Assembly (NCBI RefSeq): GCF_025526975.1
Contig: NW_026515689.1
Location: 310,001 to 374,000 of the forward strand
From: Fimicolochytrium jonesii
Lineage: Eukaryota
DNA: 64,000 bases
Direction: 5' to 3'
How positions within the stretch are numbered: the first letter of the stretch is position 1; each line of letters starts with the position of its first letter. Shown one piece after another: positions 62,558 through 64,000 of this stretch. A model generated the notes under the pieces. That model did not search any database. It worked only from the letters and a program-made list of their open reading frames with translations, and was not told where the DNA came from. Position numbers and translations under genes: made by a program.

Positions 62558-63717
62558 CTAATCCCTGCTGCTTCTAGCCCAGTCAACTTGAAGAATCAAG
62601 TTGTCATATCCGAACCCGTTCAACTTCTCGATAGCCTTCTCTGCGTCCTCCTTGTGGTAGAAGCTAATGAAAGCGAGACCCTTGCAAAGATTCGTCTCAC
62701 GGTCCCTCGACACGAACTGTACAGAAAAGATGGGAGTCAGTCATGCTACTTCTATCTGGCAAACCAAACCAACTCGCATGGCTTACCACTCTGGAGGTGT
62801 GTCCAAATCGGTTGACAAGGTCCTTCACGTCTTGGTCCTGCGCATCTTCCGACAAGTTCGTAATGCGGACGGTCGGGAATTCGTCTCGCCTTTCTGCACC
62901 CCGCATCGATTCTCCAGGGCCACGATTCCGCAAGCTTGGTGGGACATACTTGCCCCCGGCCTTGTCATCCCCGGCCACGTCCGCCACTAAAGTTGGTCTG
63001 GTTAGTCCGGGAGATTTCCGAACTCCAGCTTGAATACAATACTCAAATCGTACCAGAATCGGTCGATTCCACAGGCGCAAGGTCTCCCAAAGGCTGATGT
63101 GTGTCCTTGAATGGACACTTGCTGGTCCAGTGATCACCCTGGCAAATACGACAAGTGATCTTAGACTTTCCGGCGTTTGCCAAAATCTTCTTCAGCGCGT
63201 CGGCCTCGTCTTCCACGGGTGCGGCATCGTGATCCTTGATGGTCGAAGACAGCTTCAGGAACACCTTCTCAGCGTGACTTGTGCTGTTCGCGTCAGGACC
63301 TGCTGGCACTCCCGCAACTTCGCCAAACTTCTTCCAGTTTTTCTGATACAGCGAAAAAGGACCATCAGAACTCGAGCCGGAACGCCCTTCTCCTCGCGCC
63401 GTCCGTACCTTTCGCTCAGCAACAGCGTGGTTCACTTGAGACTTGATCAGGCGCAATTTCGTCTTTCGGGTGATCTTAACCTTCTTCCCATCCTCGTTGA
63501 TTTTGTATTCGATTGTGACTCGTGTTCCATCGGCCTCTTCTCGGGTCTCCGGAGCGGGCAAGGCATCGGCGTCAACTTCGTTATCTTCGTCGACGTCGGC
63601 CCAGTTGAGCTTAGCTGCTGGTTCACTAAACGAGGAAAACCCGTTCCAATTCAGAATGACTGCTCTCCGCAACTGGCAACCAGCACTCGGCTGGGGTACT
63701 TACGGTACGGGAGACAT
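62558..63717 (-). CDS. TIF35: Translation initiation factor eIF3 subunit g
   Basis: Motifs NWAD, AVAERK|NWKKFG, the Zn knuckle CRICQGDHWTSKCPF, KYVPPSLR, and an RRM (TVRITNLSED; CKGLAFISF). Confidence 0.95.
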
Positions 63718-64000
63718 TGTGACGGTCGGATGCAGGTGATCTTCCAGCGTCTGGTTCTGAATTTCAAACGCTTTCGGTTTCGCCGACCGTTGGACGTTGC
63801 GCAAAGCCTTCCGCCGAGTTTTTTGCTCTTGTATCACGTGCCAAAATCATAACGCGCATTTAATTGTTTTGACTCGATGCGGTCAAAGCGTCAGTCGTTT
63901 CGTTTTCCCATGGCTCATGCGCAAAAAGCTTCGGCATTATCCCTATTGGGAGCCGCCGGAGGCGGGAGACCCTATGGCAGCAAAGTATGTCAGGTTGGCA

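Noticed and set aside
1..63717. Apparent RNA-metabolism cluster (Dicer, XRN1, DBP10, symplekin, eIF3g)
   Set aside because: The genes are scattered among unrelated housekeeping genes, and such genes are common enough for chance co-occurrence.

Overview
Gene-dense (about 19 genes), intron-rich eukaryotic DNA with short GT-AG introns, most likely from an early-diverging fungus such as a chytrid. This assignment is inferred from the myosin-motor chitin synthase, NDT80, severin-type gelsolin and full-length symplekin. In order, the window holds: the 3' part of a Dicer, a secreted plant-type alpha-amylase, a peroxisomal long-chain alcohol oxidase, a membrane-anchored glutaredoxin-like protein, frataxin, a class V chitin synthase, a truncated CAF1/TOE1-like fragment beside a TTAGGG tract, NDT80-like, MND1, XRN1, a BAR-PH-GRAM-VASt (SIP3/LAM) protein, an orphan gene, a chorismate-lyase-like protein, DBP10, an OCA-type pseudophosphatase, LMW-PTP, SPF1, gelsolin, a CBS-PB1 protein, a cyclin, symplekin and eIF3g. 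I saw no tRNA, rRNA, CRISPR array or autonomous transposon. I cannot demonstrate a new system from sequence alone. The best leads are recurrent sharp C/A-to-G/T strand-skew switches, a structured repeat/hairpin insertion in an intron, the TOE1 fragment/telomere repeat/NDT80/MND1 block, the plant-type amylase, and an unexplained 2.4 kb interval that may hold an ncRNA. Exon boundaries were read by eye and gene spans include introns.
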